Source: a virus (taxonomy: Duplodnaviria; Caudoviricetes). Taken from it: a stretch of DNA of 64,000 nt. Position 1 is the first letter of the stretch; each line of letters begins with the position of its first letter. Shown one piece after another: positions 28,364 through 37,732 of the stretch. The stretch covers positions 107,467 through 171,466 of IMG/VR virus record IMGVR_UViG_3300029288_000081, one strand, 5' to 3'. The position numbers and the translations under genes were made by a program. The notes under the pieces were generated by a model. The model was not told the DNA's origin. It searched no databases and saw only the letters and a list, made by a program, of their open reading frames with translations.

Positions 28364-28533
28364 ATTGTCGTCGGTGCTGCTGTCGTCGGCGCCCAGGTCG
28401 GCGCCCAGGTACTCCGCGAGCACGCGCTCGCGCAGCTGCCGGCGGGTGCTCTGCTCGCGCCGCTCGGAGCGGTCGACGTGCGGGCCTGCGCCCGTGCGAC
28501 GCGCGGCGGTCTGCGCCATCCACGACCGGCGGG

Positions 28534-28965
28534 TCATGACTCCCTCGGCGTTCTCGCCCACACGGTCATGGCCGCGTCGTCGTTGAGAGGGGCGCCCAGC
28601 ACCTGGGCGATCGCGCAGGCGACGTAGCCTTCGAGCACGGCCCCGCCGAGGGTCATGCCGGGACGCACGAGGCGGCGGCGCCGCAGCGACCAGCCGAGCA
28701 GGTACGGCTCGGCGCCGGTGCCGGCGTTGACCCCGCGGCGTGCCCGCTCGGCGGCCTCGTCGGCGTACGCGCGGATCGCCTCCTCCAGGGCCTCTCCCGC
28801 CTCCTCGGCCCTGGCCTCGGCCTCGTGTGCTCGGCGGCAGTCGTGCTCCGTCCGGCAAGTGCTCGCGTCGATCGAGCGGCGCGCGGACGCGTCGATCGCT
28901 TGCTCCCACGCGCGGAGCCGGCTGGCGAGGGTCTCGGGGAACGGGGTGGGGGTACTGGTCGTCAC
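28534..28965 (-). CDS. Hypothetical protein
   Basis: 143 aa, translationally coupled. Confidence 0.5.
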   Translation of the reverse strand: MTTSTPTPFPETLASRLRAWEQAIDASARRSIDASTCRTEHDCRRAHEAEARAEEAGEALEEAIRAYADEAAERARRGVNAGTGAEPYLLGWSLRRRRLVRPGMTLGGAVLEGYVACAIAQVLGAPLNDDAAMTVWARTPRES

Positions 28966-29375
28966 GGGGCCTCCTCGGTGGCGGGGTCCAGGCTGCTCAG
29001 GTCGGCGCGCTCGGCGCGCAGGTCGTCATCGAGCTGCCCCATGGCGCCCGCGACCATGTCATCGAAGTAGCCGTCTGCGCGGAAGGTCGCCTCGTCGGTG
29101 TAGGAGCACGCTCCGAGGTGGCTGCTGGCGTGGTACGTGCGGCCGCTCGGCGCGGTCCAGGCGACGCGTACGCAGACCGAGCACCACGCCCACTGGTTGC
29201 CCGCGTCCAGGTCGGCGAGGATCGCGTCCTCGGTCGCTCGGTCGGCCGCGTCGTCGCCGCTGGCCATGGCGTTGCCGCGCACCGGCAGGTCTTCCGGCTG
29301 GCACTCGACGGTGACGGTGACGTCGCGCTCTGCTCCGAGCAGCGTGCAGCGGACGGTGGTAGCGGGGGTCGTCAT
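28962..29375 (-). CDS. Hypothetical phage protein
   Basis: GNAMASGDDAADR...GNQWAWCSVCV...LGACSY...GYFDDM. Confidence 0.65.
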   Translation of the reverse strand: MTTPATTVRCTLLGAERDVTVTVECQPEDLPVRGNAMASGDDAADRATEDAILADLDAGNQWAWCSVCVRVAWTAPSGRTYHASSHLGACSYTDEATFRADGYFDDMVAGAMGQLDDDLRAERADLSSLDPATEEAP

Positions 29376-29647
29376 GGGGTGCTCCTCAGCGCGTGCAGCG
29401 CGGTCCAGTAGACGCGTCCGGTCTCGTGCTCGCGGACGCGGATGTCGCAGAGCCCTGGGCCCGGCTCGTACACCTCCACGGTGACGGCTCGCCCGGTCTG
29501 GACGTCGTATCCGTCGCGCCCGACCACGGGCTCGCGGTCGCCGCAGATCAGGCACGTCGCCCGCCCGTGGAACCGCTCGCCCCATGCGTGGGGGCACGGT
29601 CCGCGGTCCGCGCCGCCGCGCATGTCGATCTCGTCGCTGATGGTCAT
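29372..29647 (-). CDS. Hypothetical protein
   Basis: MTISDEIDM..., translationally coupled. Confidence 0.5.
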   Translation of the reverse strand: MTISDEIDMRGGADRGPCPHAWGERFHGRATCLICGDREPVVGRDGYDVQTGRAVTVEVYEPGPGLCDIRVREHETGRVYWTALHALRSTP

Positions 29648-29745
29648 GGGAGCCTCGTGGTGGTGGTCAGGGGGGGTCCGCAGGGTGGGCCTATGCGCGA
29701 GCCGGTGGCTCGTGCGCAGGCCCACGCCGCGGGCGCGTGGGGGCG

Positions 29746-30513
29746 TCACAGGCCCATCTTGTCCCAGCACTCCGGTCCGATGCCGCGCGCGACCGAGAGG
29801 GGGTCGGTCAGGTCGCGCCCGCACCGGCCGCAGGTGCCGTCGTGGTAGACCTCGACCGAGTCGAGGCTGCCGCCGCCGAGGAGGCGGGTGAAGTACCACG
29901 AGGCTGCCGCCGCCGAGGGCGCGTCCGGCCCGATGCGACTGCGCGAGCCGTGCTCGTAGCGGTGGTGCGGCCTGAGAACGAGCGAGCCGAGGTAGGTGAA
30001 GTCGCGCGAGTTGTCGGCGCCGGTCAGGACGGCCACGAAGAGCCGGTCGCTGGCCTCGGCGATGCCCGTCGCGTTGCACGAGCGGCACGGGTAGCCGCTG
30101 CGCCCCTGCCAGTTGCCGGTCCCGTCGCAGCGCTTGCAGGGGCCGCCGACCTTGCCGGACGGGGGCGCGGCGCGGTAGGTGTAGCGCTTGCCGCTGGCGC
30201 GTGAGACGAGCGTGAAGCGGCCGGCGTGCGCGTGGCCGCTCGCGTCCACACGTCCCGCGAGGATGTAGCGCAGCTGCTCCTCGCGCGTTGCGAGCACGCC
30301 CGGGGCCGCGACGAGCGGCGTCGCGTCCTCGCGCGAGACGTCGGGAGTCGCGGGGGCCTCCGCGGGAGGCGCCTTGGCGCGGCGCGGGGCGCGGCGGACG
30401 CGGGGCGGGTGGGCGCACGACGCGTGTGCGGCGGACCACTCCTCGGAGAGGGCGGCCTCTGCCTCGGCGCGCTCTGCGTCGAGGGTGGCGGAGATCAGGG
30501 AAGCATCGGTCAC
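29746..30513 (-). CDS. DUF6011-like zinc-finger protein
   Basis: C-terminal CGRCGRDLTDPLSVARGIGPEC and internal CKRCDGTG...CRSCNATG. Confidence 0.8.
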   Translation of the reverse strand: MTDASLISATLDAERAEAEAALSEEWSAAHASCAHPPRVRRAPRRAKAPPAEAPATPDVSREDATPLVAAPGVLATREEQLRYILAGRVDASGHAHAGRFTLVSRASGKRYTYRAAPPSGKVGGPCKRCDGTGNWQGRSGYPCRSCNATGIAEASDRLFVAVLTGADNSRDFTYLGSLVLRPHHRYEHGSRSRIGPDAPSAAAASWYFTRLLGGGSLDSVEVYHDGTCGRCGRDLTDPLSVARGIGPECWDKMGL

Positions 30514-30561
30514 GGGGTCCTCCGGTGCGGCCGGCTGGCCGCGACTCAGGTTGCAGGGGGC

Positions 30562-30589
30562 AGGATAGGAACGGGTCAGGCGGTGTCAA
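30562..30589 (-). promoter_or_regulatory. Sigma70 promoter for the first early gene
   Basis: TTGACA-N16-TATCCT. Confidence 0.75.
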
Positions 30590-30594
30590 GGGGG

Positions 30595-30999
30595 GTCAGT
30601 GCGGATCACTCGAAGGTCGGCGTGTGTGACCAACGCGCGAGGGTTTCCCGTCGCGTGCTCGTCGCACCCGCTGATCTCGCCCCGTCGGGGCGTCCCGGCT
30701 CACCGGGCATAGGTAGAGCGTCCCGGACCGGATGACATGCCATCCGTCCAGGCCCGCGGGACAGCGAAGTGATCCGCCGGTACGCGCCCTGACCACAGTC
30801 CCATCGAGCCCGGGGAATCCCAACCGCCCCCGAGGGAGCGATGTGCCGTAACCGGCGCCGGGTCGATCGTCGGTGGCGCACTCAGTGCGGCCGACAGGAA
30901 CGGGTACAGTGCTCTCCCAAGCGGGCCTCGCCGCGATTCCGCGGGTCGCCCTGTCAACGGCTTTCGCCGGCCACCGCAGGTCAAGCCCCGGTGGCAGGG
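30595..30999 (-). ncRNA. Candidate ~400-nt structured non-coding RNA
   Basis: Lies between two promoters and has no credible ORF. It shows a 10-bp long-range helix (30601-30610 with 30768-30777), several hairpins, and a GAAA-capped three-way junction at its 5' end. Confidence 0.45.
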
Positions 31000-31002
31000 G
31001 AG

Positions 31003-31030
31003 AGCATAGGCACGGTCCAGGAGGGGTCAA
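31003..31030 (-). promoter_or_regulatory. Sigma70 promoter
   Basis: TTGACC-N16-TATGCT. Confidence 0.7.
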
Positions 31031-31319
31031 GGGGGGTCATGTCGATTCTTCCCGGACCCCTCCGCACCTTCCCGTCCCCGCACGCCCCGCACGTAGCAGG
31101 CCCCGTGCCAACCCGGACCGGACCCGGGCTGACCCGGACGGACACAAACCGTGCCAATCGCGCAGGCGGCCGCGAAAGCCCGGGAAGGTACCAGATGACC
31201 CCCGATGCTCCTCGAGCCGTCTAGGCCCCCCCCGCGGGCCTGGAATCGCGCAATATGTGACCATATGTTTCCTTCCAAAACCCTTACGCCACGTTCCGTG
31301 CCAACGCGTAGACTCGCAG

Positions 31320-31625
31320 GGTTCCTGCGGGGCCTCCGCGGGGCCTTCCGCGGGGCCTCGGCGGGTCTCCGCGGGCCCGCCCCGGGCTCGGCCGGGCCTC
31401 GGCCCGGTCGCCGCGGGCCCTGGGCCGGCCGGCTCGTGCGCCTCGCGTGCGGGCCGGGTGCGCCTCGCGCGGCCTGCGCGCCTCGCGCGGGCGAGAGCGC
31501 CTCCTCGACGCTGCGCCTCGCGCGCAGCGGGCCCCTGGCGCGCCCTGGCGGCCGCTCGCGGCGGCCGCGGCCCGGGGGCCAGGCGGACCTGGGCCCCGAG
31601 GTGTCCGACCCCGCGGGAGCTGGGT
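31320..31625. repeat. Extremely GC-rich low-complexity tract at the strand switch
   Basis: Imperfect tandem units (gcggggcctcc, gcgcctcgcg) with almost no A. Confidence 0.6.
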
Positions 31626-31727
31626 GCCCAGGTCCAACCGCCGTTATTCGCAGCGCGCGGGCTGCGCTCTGCCAGCCAGCTTCTAAGGCCTACAGGTCGG
31701 CAACTGCTGCTGATAAAAACTACGTGG

Positions 31728-31756
31728 TTGCCAGTGTGATCGGCAGTCCGTAGGGT
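31728..31756 (+). promoter_or_regulatory. Rightward sigma70 promoter, probably leaderless
   Basis: TTGCCA-N17-TAGGGT, 7 nt before ATG 31764, preceded by the AT-rich gataaaaac. Confidence 0.6.
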
Positions 31757-31763
31757 GCCGCGC

Positions 31764-32294
31764 ATGGGTGGAGTTCACGACAGCGATGCAGCGGGCGTCT
31801 TCGACCCGCACAACCAGGGCGAGCAGCCGGGCGACCTCAGCGAAAGCGAGCTGGGCCACCGGGGCCAAGCGCCGATGGAGATCGACTCCTCGCGCTACTA
31901 CAAGACGGAGTACGTGGCAGTCGGCGTGGGCGCCGATGGAATGCCCAGGATCGGCGGCGATGGTCCTCCAGAGCCGGAAGCAGGCCTGACGGACGACAAC
32001 TTCATCTGCGCGGAGTCCGAGGACGGGACGCGGCCCGAGTGCGTCCACCTCGTGACCCTCGTGCTACCCGCCGACGGTCACGCGAAGGGCTTCGCCGAGC
32101 TTCGGCAGATCCGCCAGTTCTGCCGCTGGCTCGCCACTGGCTCCGAGCAGTGGGAGCACCGTGGCAACGTCTACGGCTGCAACGCTCGCAGCCCCCAAGA
32201 CCTGGTCTCGTTGCGGATCATCCGCGACTTCCGGACCAAGCAGAAGCAGTTGGCCGCCGAGACGGCAGAGAAGAGCGGCAAGCTCGATTTCTGA
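31764..32294 (+). CDS. Hypothetical protein, first gene of the right arm
   Basis: ORF 31755..32294 with an in-frame ATG at 31764. Confidence 0.7.
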   Translation: MGGVHDSDAAGVFDPHNQGEQPGDLSESELGHRGQAPMEIDSSRYYKTEYVAVGVGADGMPRIGGDGPPEPEAGLTDDNFICAESEDGTRPECVHLVTLVLPADGHAKGFAELRQIRQFCRWLATGSEQWEHRGNVYGCNARSPQDLVSLRIIRDFRTKQKQLAAETAEKSGKLDF

Positions 32295-32341
32295 CGATCA
32301 GTGGCCTGGGCGCCTGGGTAGCAAAACGAGGAGAGAACGAG

Positions 32342-32965
32342 ATGGCCGACAACGACCGTGACGACGTGGTGCAGCTTCCGCCCGCCTTCCTGAAGTTCCA
32401 GGGGCAGCTCAAGGCGGACAAGAAGACTCTGATGCGCGACAAGGCGTACGCGCAGAGCCCCGAGCAGCTCAGGGCGTTCATCGGAACGCACCTGTTCCAG
32501 CGGCTCGACGAGTTCGTGCAGCTGATGGGGCTCGCCCTCTACGACACCTACGGGCTGGCGGTGTCGAGCGAGAACCAGATCCAGCGCATGCGCGCGGTCT
32601 ACGGCAAGGCGCTGGCCAAGCTGGGCGCCGACGTCGATGGCGAAGAGGGAGATCTGCCGGGCGTGAGCCCCGAGGTCCTGGACGAGTTCCAGCAGTATTT
32701 CTTCGCGCTCGGGTCGCTGCTCCAGAAGCGCCTGCCCGACGACAAGGAGGTCGAGGCCGCGTTCAACAAGTGCGCGGAGGCCCTCGGTGACATGGTCGCC
32801 GACCTGCTCGGCGAGGACGAGGACGACGAGGACGACGACGAGGACGAGGACGAGGACGAAGGGCGAGACCTGGAGCACGAGCCGGGGCGTTCGGGCAAGC
32901 CGAAGGCGGAGCCGAAGGCGGAGCCGAAGGAGCCCGAGGTGAAGCCGGACGAGGAAGGCTCGTGA
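32342..32965 (+). CDS. Acidic helical hypothetical protein
   Basis: MADNDRDD... with a GAGGAG RBS and a poly-D/E tail. Confidence 0.75.
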   Translation: MADNDRDDVVQLPPAFLKFQGQLKADKKTLMRDKAYAQSPEQLRAFIGTHLFQRLDEFVQLMGLALYDTYGLAVSSENQIQRMRAVYGKALAKLGADVDGEEGDLPGVSPEVLDEFQQYFFALGSLLQKRLPDDKEVEAAFNKCAEALGDMVADLLGEDEDDEDDDEDEDEDEGRDLEHEPGRSGKPKAEPKAEPKEPEVKPDEEGS

Positions 32966-35364
32966 TGGACGAGAGCCTGGACGAGATCCCGGACCTGATC
33001 TCCCGCGCCGAGCCGCCCAAGCGCGTGCGGCGTGTTGTGACCAAGCGCAAGGATTCAGAGCCGGACTTCAGCGAGCCGGACGAGGCTTCGGACAGCGAAT
33101 CGTCGCTGGCGCCCACGGAGCCCACCAGCAAGCAGAGCACGATGGAGGACCTGGAACTCCGCGACATGCTCCCGTCGCAAGCGGCGATGAAGCCGGTCGA
33201 GAACGTCAAGTCGCTCGGCGACATCATCGCCAGGTACAACATCGGCAACAGCACGGAGTTCAAGCTCCAGGTCTGGCGCACCTACCCCAAGCTCTTCCCC
33301 GGTGGAGTGAAGGCAGACGGCTTCTACGACACCTGGGATCAGCCGCTCACCGAGGAGCTGATCCAGTCGGAGTACGGAGGCGGCAACTTCCGCATCGTGG
33401 TGATGGGTCCACACCCCACGAAGCCGAACACGCTGAAGCACTTCGACAGCGTCTCTCTGAACCTCGCCGGCACGCCCAAGTTCGACCGGCAACCGAAGGC
33501 GGTTCAGCAGAACCAGAGCGCGGCGGCACCGTCCGTCGACATGCCTTCGCCCATGCTGATGATGGGCCAGGAGAACGCCAAGCTCTCCGAGACGGCTATG
33601 AAGCTCGCGGTCGACATGGCCAGCAAGGAGCGCGAGGAGCGCATCCGCGTCGAAGACAAGGCCGACGCGAAGGCGGCGACGGCACTCTCCGCGACCTTGC
33701 CAGCCATCGAAGCAGAGCGTCGGCGTGCCGACGATCTGATCAGAGCCGAGCGAGACCGCTCCGAGATGGAGCGCAGGATGATGCAGGAACGCTTCGAGGA
33801 ATCTCGCGGCGAGCAGCGAAAGCTGCTCGAAAGGATCGAACAGATGGAGTCGAACCGACCGAACATGGCCGCGGAGCTGAAGGAGATCTTGCCCTTCATG
33901 CAGCAGCCCCGTGACACCGGCGAGAGCAATAAGACCGCTGAGCGCATGATGGAGAGCGTGCTGGACAAGCACCGCGTCGAGATGGAGTCGATGCGCACGC
34001 AGCAGCAGCAGATGATCGACAACCTGAACAAGCAGCAGGAGTCGATGGTCGCCTCGATGCGCAGCTCGCATCAGCACGAGATCTCCACGATGCGCGAGTC
34101 GGCCGCGCGCGAGCTTCAGTCCGAGCGCGAGTCGGGCGTGCGCCGACTGGAGAGGGCCGACGATCAGCTCAAGATGGAGCGCGAGGAGCGTCGTCGCGAC
34201 CAGGAGCGCCACAAGGATCTTCTCGAAGCGAACGAGAGGACCTGGAAGGAGCGCCTGGAGATGCAGATCGCATCTCTGAACGCGAGCTGGGAGAGCCGAC
34301 ACCAGTCGGTCCTCGGCACGCACGAGACCAGGGCGCTCTGGCTCCAGCAGGAGATCGACCGGCTGAAGGCCGATCTGTCGGACACCAAGGCGCGGATGAG
34401 CGACAACTCCGACCCGATCGCCATCGTCCACAAGGCCAAGGAGATCCGCGAGGCCATCGGTGGCCCCGAGCACTCCAGCAGCGGTCCCAGCGGCGGCTCG
34501 GGCGGCATCGGCATGGGCGGCGTCGAGGACTGGAAGAACCTGGCCGTCGAAGGCCTCACCGAGCGGGCTCCGCAGCTGCTCCAGGTCCTGGGAGGGCTCC
34601 TCTCCGGTCAGGGTGGCCAGCAGCCGGCCCAGCAGCAGTACCAGCTCGGACAGGTCGTCCAGACCCCCCAGGGCGCCATGGTCGTCGTGCAGGACCCGGC
34701 CACCGGGCAGCTCGGCTTCACACCCAAGGCGGCTCTCGACCAGGCGCAGGCGCAGCAGCAGGGCCGAATGCTCCCGTCCCAGCGGCAGCCCGGACAGCGC
34801 AGGCGCGTGATGCCGGACGCCGACGAGGTCACCAACGCAGGGGCTCGCCGCCGCCGCCGCGGGCCCATCTCGGCGGTCCCCAACTTCGCCGACCCGAGCC
34901 AGTACGGCTCCGACCCGCTTCCGGTGCGCGGCCGTAGACCCCCGTGGGAAGGCGGTGGCATGGAGGACGAGGATGGCGGCGAAGAGCGCCGGCAGTCACG
35001 TCCGCAGCCTCAGCAGCAGCCTCAGCAGCAGCCGCCTCGCCGCACGTCGAAGCAGGAGCAGGCGCCTCAGCAGCCTCAGCCGCGCATCGCGCGGCAGATG
35101 AACTCGCAGGAGCGACAGGGCCTGAACGTGATCGCCAAGCTCGTTCACGAGGCGGTCATGAACGCCGACGAGCCGGACGAGTTCGCCGAGAAGGTGCTCA
35201 AGGAGTGGCCGCCGGACATGCTGAAGCGTGTCACCAGCGGCTACAGCCCCGACGACATCGCACGCGGAATCGCTGAGACGCAGCCCACGAGCGCAGGCGC
35301 CACGCCCGCGGGACAGGCCTTCGTCCGTGAGGCCTTCGCGCGCATCGAAAGCGCCGTGACGTGA
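32962..35364 (+). CDS. Large coiled-coil protein (800 aa), possible assembly/scaffold factor
   Basis: Small globular N-domain, long E/R/Q/M-rich heptad region and Q/P-rich linker. Confidence 0.8.
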   Translation: MMDESLDEIPDLISRAEPPKRVRRVVTKRKDSEPDFSEPDEASDSESSLAPTEPTSKQSTMEDLELRDMLPSQAAMKPVENVKSLGDIIARYNIGNSTEFKLQVWRTYPKLFPGGVKADGFYDTWDQPLTEELIQSEYGGGNFRIVVMGPHPTKPNTLKHFDSVSLNLAGTPKFDRQPKAVQQNQSAAAPSVDMPSPMLMMGQENAKLSETAMKLAVDMASKEREERIRVEDKADAKAATALSATLPAIEAERRRADDLIRAERDRSEMERRMMQERFEESRGEQRKLLERIEQMESNRPNMAAELKEILPFMQQPRDTGESNKTAERMMESVLDKHRVEMESMRTQQQQMIDNLNKQQESMVASMRSSHQHEISTMRESAARELQSERESGVRRLERADDQLKMEREERRRDQERHKDLLEANERTWKERLEMQIASLNASWESRHQSVLGTHETRALWLQQEIDRLKADLSDTKARMSDNSDPIAIVHKAKEIREAIGGPEHSSSGPSGGSGGIGMGGVEDWKNLAVEGLTERAPQLLQVLGGLLSGQGGQQPAQQQYQLGQVVQTPQGAMVVVQDPATGQLGFTPKAALDQAQAQQQGRMLPSQRQPGQRRRVMPDADEVTNAGARRRRRGPISAVPNFADPSQYGSDPLPVRGRRPPWEGGGMEDEDGGEERRQSRPQPQQQPQQQPPRRTSKQEQAPQQPQPRIARQMNSQERQGLNVIAKLVHEAVMNADEPDEFAEKVLKEWPPDMLKRVTSGYSPDDIARGIAETQPTSAGATPAGQAFVREAFARIESAVT

Positions 35365-35633
35365 GCCAGGAACAGGACAACGAGAAGATCGGAGCGCGCA
35401 CGCGGGACCTGCTGCGTGCCCTCTCCGACTTCACCGACATGCTCGCCCTGGAGGTGCCAACCCCCGTCTTGGCCAGGCAGCTGGACGAGATGGAGGTCAT
35501 CGCCAAGGAGGTCGACGCGCTGGCGGGAAGCAGCCTGTTCGACAACGACATCTTCGGAACGCTGGGTGACACCACCAAGCTCATGAGGCTCTACGAGCTG
35601 CTCCAGTACCGCCAAGCACAGAAGTCGGAGTAG
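35361..35633 (+). CDS. Hypothetical protein
   Basis: 90 aa, translationally coupled. Confidence 0.65.
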   Translation: MSQEQDNEKIGARTRDLLRALSDFTDMLALEVPTPVLARQLDEMEVIAKEVDALAGSSLFDNDIFGTLGDTTKLMRLYELLQYRQAQKSE

Positions 35634-35643
35634 ACTGCCGCAG

Positions 35644-36000
35644 ATGTCGACCTCGACACCCAAGGCTCCGCTGCGAGGCATCGGTGGCTATTCGACCACG
35701 CAGCCGCCTCGGACCGAACGCCGTCCTGCTATGGTCGTCAAGTACCAGGGACAGCGTGCCCACGTTCGCTTCCACGACGGAATGACTTACGGAATGCCCT
35801 CGGGACCGCTGATGCAGATCGGCGTGCCCGAGGGCGCTACGTTCATTCTCGTGACGACCTGGGTAGGCAAATCGCCGGTGTCCAGTCACGTCGAGCGCAT
35901 GCCGGAGGCCCGGCCGCCCATGGATCGACGCAGCGGCACACCGAAGATCGTCGAGCGAAACGGCAAGAAGATGGTCACGCGGCAGCCATCTAGCCGGTAA
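35644..36000 (+). CDS. Hypothetical protein
   Basis: 118 aa. Confidence 0.6.
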   Translation: MSTSTPKAPLRGIGGYSTTQPPRTERRPAMVVKYQGQRAHVRFHDGMTYGMPSGPLMQIGVPEGATFILVTTWVGKSPVSSHVERMPEARPPMDRRSGTPKIVERNGKKMVTRQPSSR

Positions 36001-36024
36001 AACGCCTTCGGCGCGCCTTGCGCC

Positions 36025-36675
36025 GTGAGCGTAGAGCGTGCGAGACTCCATGCGGGCGCCTGGGCCGGTCACTTCGACATGCTCAGAGCACACCTGTATG
36101 CGCCCACCTTCAACGAGGCGATCGGAACCACGGAGCCATACCGTGGGACCGATCACACCGTGGCGGTGATGATCCAGCTCGCCAAGGGTCTCGTCGACCC
36201 TCGGGCGATGGTGCAGAGCGCGCTTCAGGGAGAGCGGAGCATCCGCTTCCGAAGGCACACCGAGCAGATCATCAACAATCTGCGGCCCAAGGACTACACG
36301 TCCGAAGTCATCGCCATCAGCAGGTGGTGGGGCAACGCGGGCCGATACACACGGGACCCACTACACGTCGAGCTGATCCGTGCTCCGGACCGTCTCCTCG
36401 ACGACGCGCTTGCCGGCAGACTCCTGGTCGACTGCGACGATCTGGCGCTCGCCATCGCGACGTCGTGCCTGACCATCGGGGCTCGCGCACAGTTCGTCAC
36501 CGTGGGCTTCAAGCCGCGCCTGCCGGGCCAGCCGAAGGTCCACACGCACGTCTTCGCTCGGGCCCAGGACCCCAAGAGCAAGGTCTGGTGGGTGCTCGAC
36601 CCGGTCGCCGGCCGTAAGACGGGCGACATGCTGCGTCGCGTGAAGCAGTACACGATCTTCGAGGTGGACCGATGA
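36025..36675 (+). CDS. Transglutaminase-like cysteine protease (candidate virion maturation protease)
   Basis: RYTRDP...VDCDDLA...HTHVF...WWVLDP gives a Cys-His-Asp triad of the transglutaminase-like superfamily. Confidence 0.82.
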   Translation: MSVERARLHAGAWAGHFDMLRAHLYAPTFNEAIGTTEPYRGTDHTVAVMIQLAKGLVDPRAMVQSALQGERSIRFRRHTEQIINNLRPKDYTSEVIAISRWWGNAGRYTRDPLHVELIRAPDRLLDDALAGRLLVDCDDLALAIATSCLTIGARAQFVTVGFKPRLPGQPKVHTHVFARAQDPKSKVWWVLDPVAGRKTGDMLRRVKQYTIFEVDR

Positions 36676-36986
36676 GCAGGTACTACGACGGACCGGGACT
36701 CGGTGTTTCTGCGCTGGGGCAGGCCATCGACTCCTCACCGCTGACGATCTCGGTCCGCCCGACGGGCGCACTGATCGGCGCATGGTGGAGCCTCTCGACC
36801 GTGAGCGGCCTCCTCAGCGCCTACCACGGCTACCGCCGCAACGACGGCAACCTTGCGTGGGCACTCGCATGGTTCCTCGCGGGCAGCGCGCTGCCCGTCA
36901 TTGTGCCGGTCATCGCCTTCACGCAGGGCTACGCCAAGCCCGAAAGCATCTCGGCGAACAGGCGCCGCCGCAGGAGCCGTCGATGA
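36672..36986 (+). CDS. Small membrane protein with Arg tail
   Basis: Two hydrophobic segments, AYHGYRRN, and the C-terminus ISANRRRRRSRR. Confidence 0.75.
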   Translation: MSRYYDGPGLGVSALGQAIDSSPLTISVRPTGALIGAWWSLSTVSGLLSAYHGYRRNDGNLAWALAWFLAGSALPVIVPVIAFTQGYAKPESISANRRRRRSRR

Positions 36987-37732
36987 GCTACTTCAACGGA
37001 CACAGCCGCACCGGGCTCATGGGACTCGGAGCCGTCGCTGACGAACAGGAGCCCATCCGCCTGGGCGCCCGAGCGAAGGAAGACCCGATCCTGTCGGCCG
37101 CATCGTTGATCGCGTCCTCGGTCCTCGTGCGCATGGCCGGCGTGCCCAAGCATCGGCGCCTTGCCGAGATGATCATCATCCTCAATGCAGGACGCCCTGG
37201 GTCTGGGGACGCAGCGGGTGTCGACTACCGCCGTCGCGCCGCCGCCGCGCCGGACAAGAAGGACCAGGCGATGTTCGACGCGGTTCGCGCGGCGGTCGCC
37301 AACGAGCTGGTTCGCCGGACGCTGAAGAGGGGTCCCGCTTCTCTCTCTGGCCTTGGGCAGACACTCGCAGAGGCGCGTGGCCAGACCAGCCGTGGCGTCA
37401 ACGATGCGCAGGCAGTCTTCTGCACCTACATCGCTGGAACATCCGCGATGGTCGGCGGGTACGTCGATCAGCTCGCAAGCGGAGGCACGCAGAACACGGG
37501 CAACATCACCCGTGCGTCGGGTGCGGCTGCGGCCACCGGCGGATGCGGTGCTGGCCAGCTGGTCATCCAGGGCGAGAACGCTCTGGCACAGGCTCGACTC
37601 GCGCAGAGCGGACAGGCCGCCGCGGCGCTCGCGGCTGCTGCGCGGGAAGCCACGTTCATGAAGTTCGCTCTGGTGGGCGGTGGCCTGCTGGGTGCGATGA
37701 TCCTCGGCTACGTCGTCGTCAAGAAGATGTGA
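36983..37732 (+). CDS. Virion membrane protein, paralog A
   Basis: MSYF...LMGLG...LSGLGQ with a C-terminal TM. Confidence 0.75.
   Translation: MSYFNGHSRTGLMGLGAVADEQEPIRLGARAKEDPILSAASLIASSVLVRMAGVPKHRRLAEMIIILNAGRPGSGDAAGVDYRRRAAAAPDKKDQAMFDAVRAAVANELVRRTLKRGPASLSGLGQTLAEARGQTSRGVNDAQAVFCTYIAGTSAMVGGYVDQLASGGTQNTGNITRASGAAAATGGCGAGQLVIQGENALAQARLAQSGQAAAALAAAAREATFMKFALVGGGLLGAMILGYVVVKKM

Noticed and set aside
30595-30999. tmRNA or RNase P RNA
   Set aside because: It lacks the tRNA-like termini of tmRNA and the GAGGAAAGUC core of RNase P.
32962-35364. Tail tape-measure protein or SMC ATPase
   Set aside because: It has no Walker motifs and no neighbouring tail genes, and its composition is charged coiled coil rather than Ala/Gly-rich.
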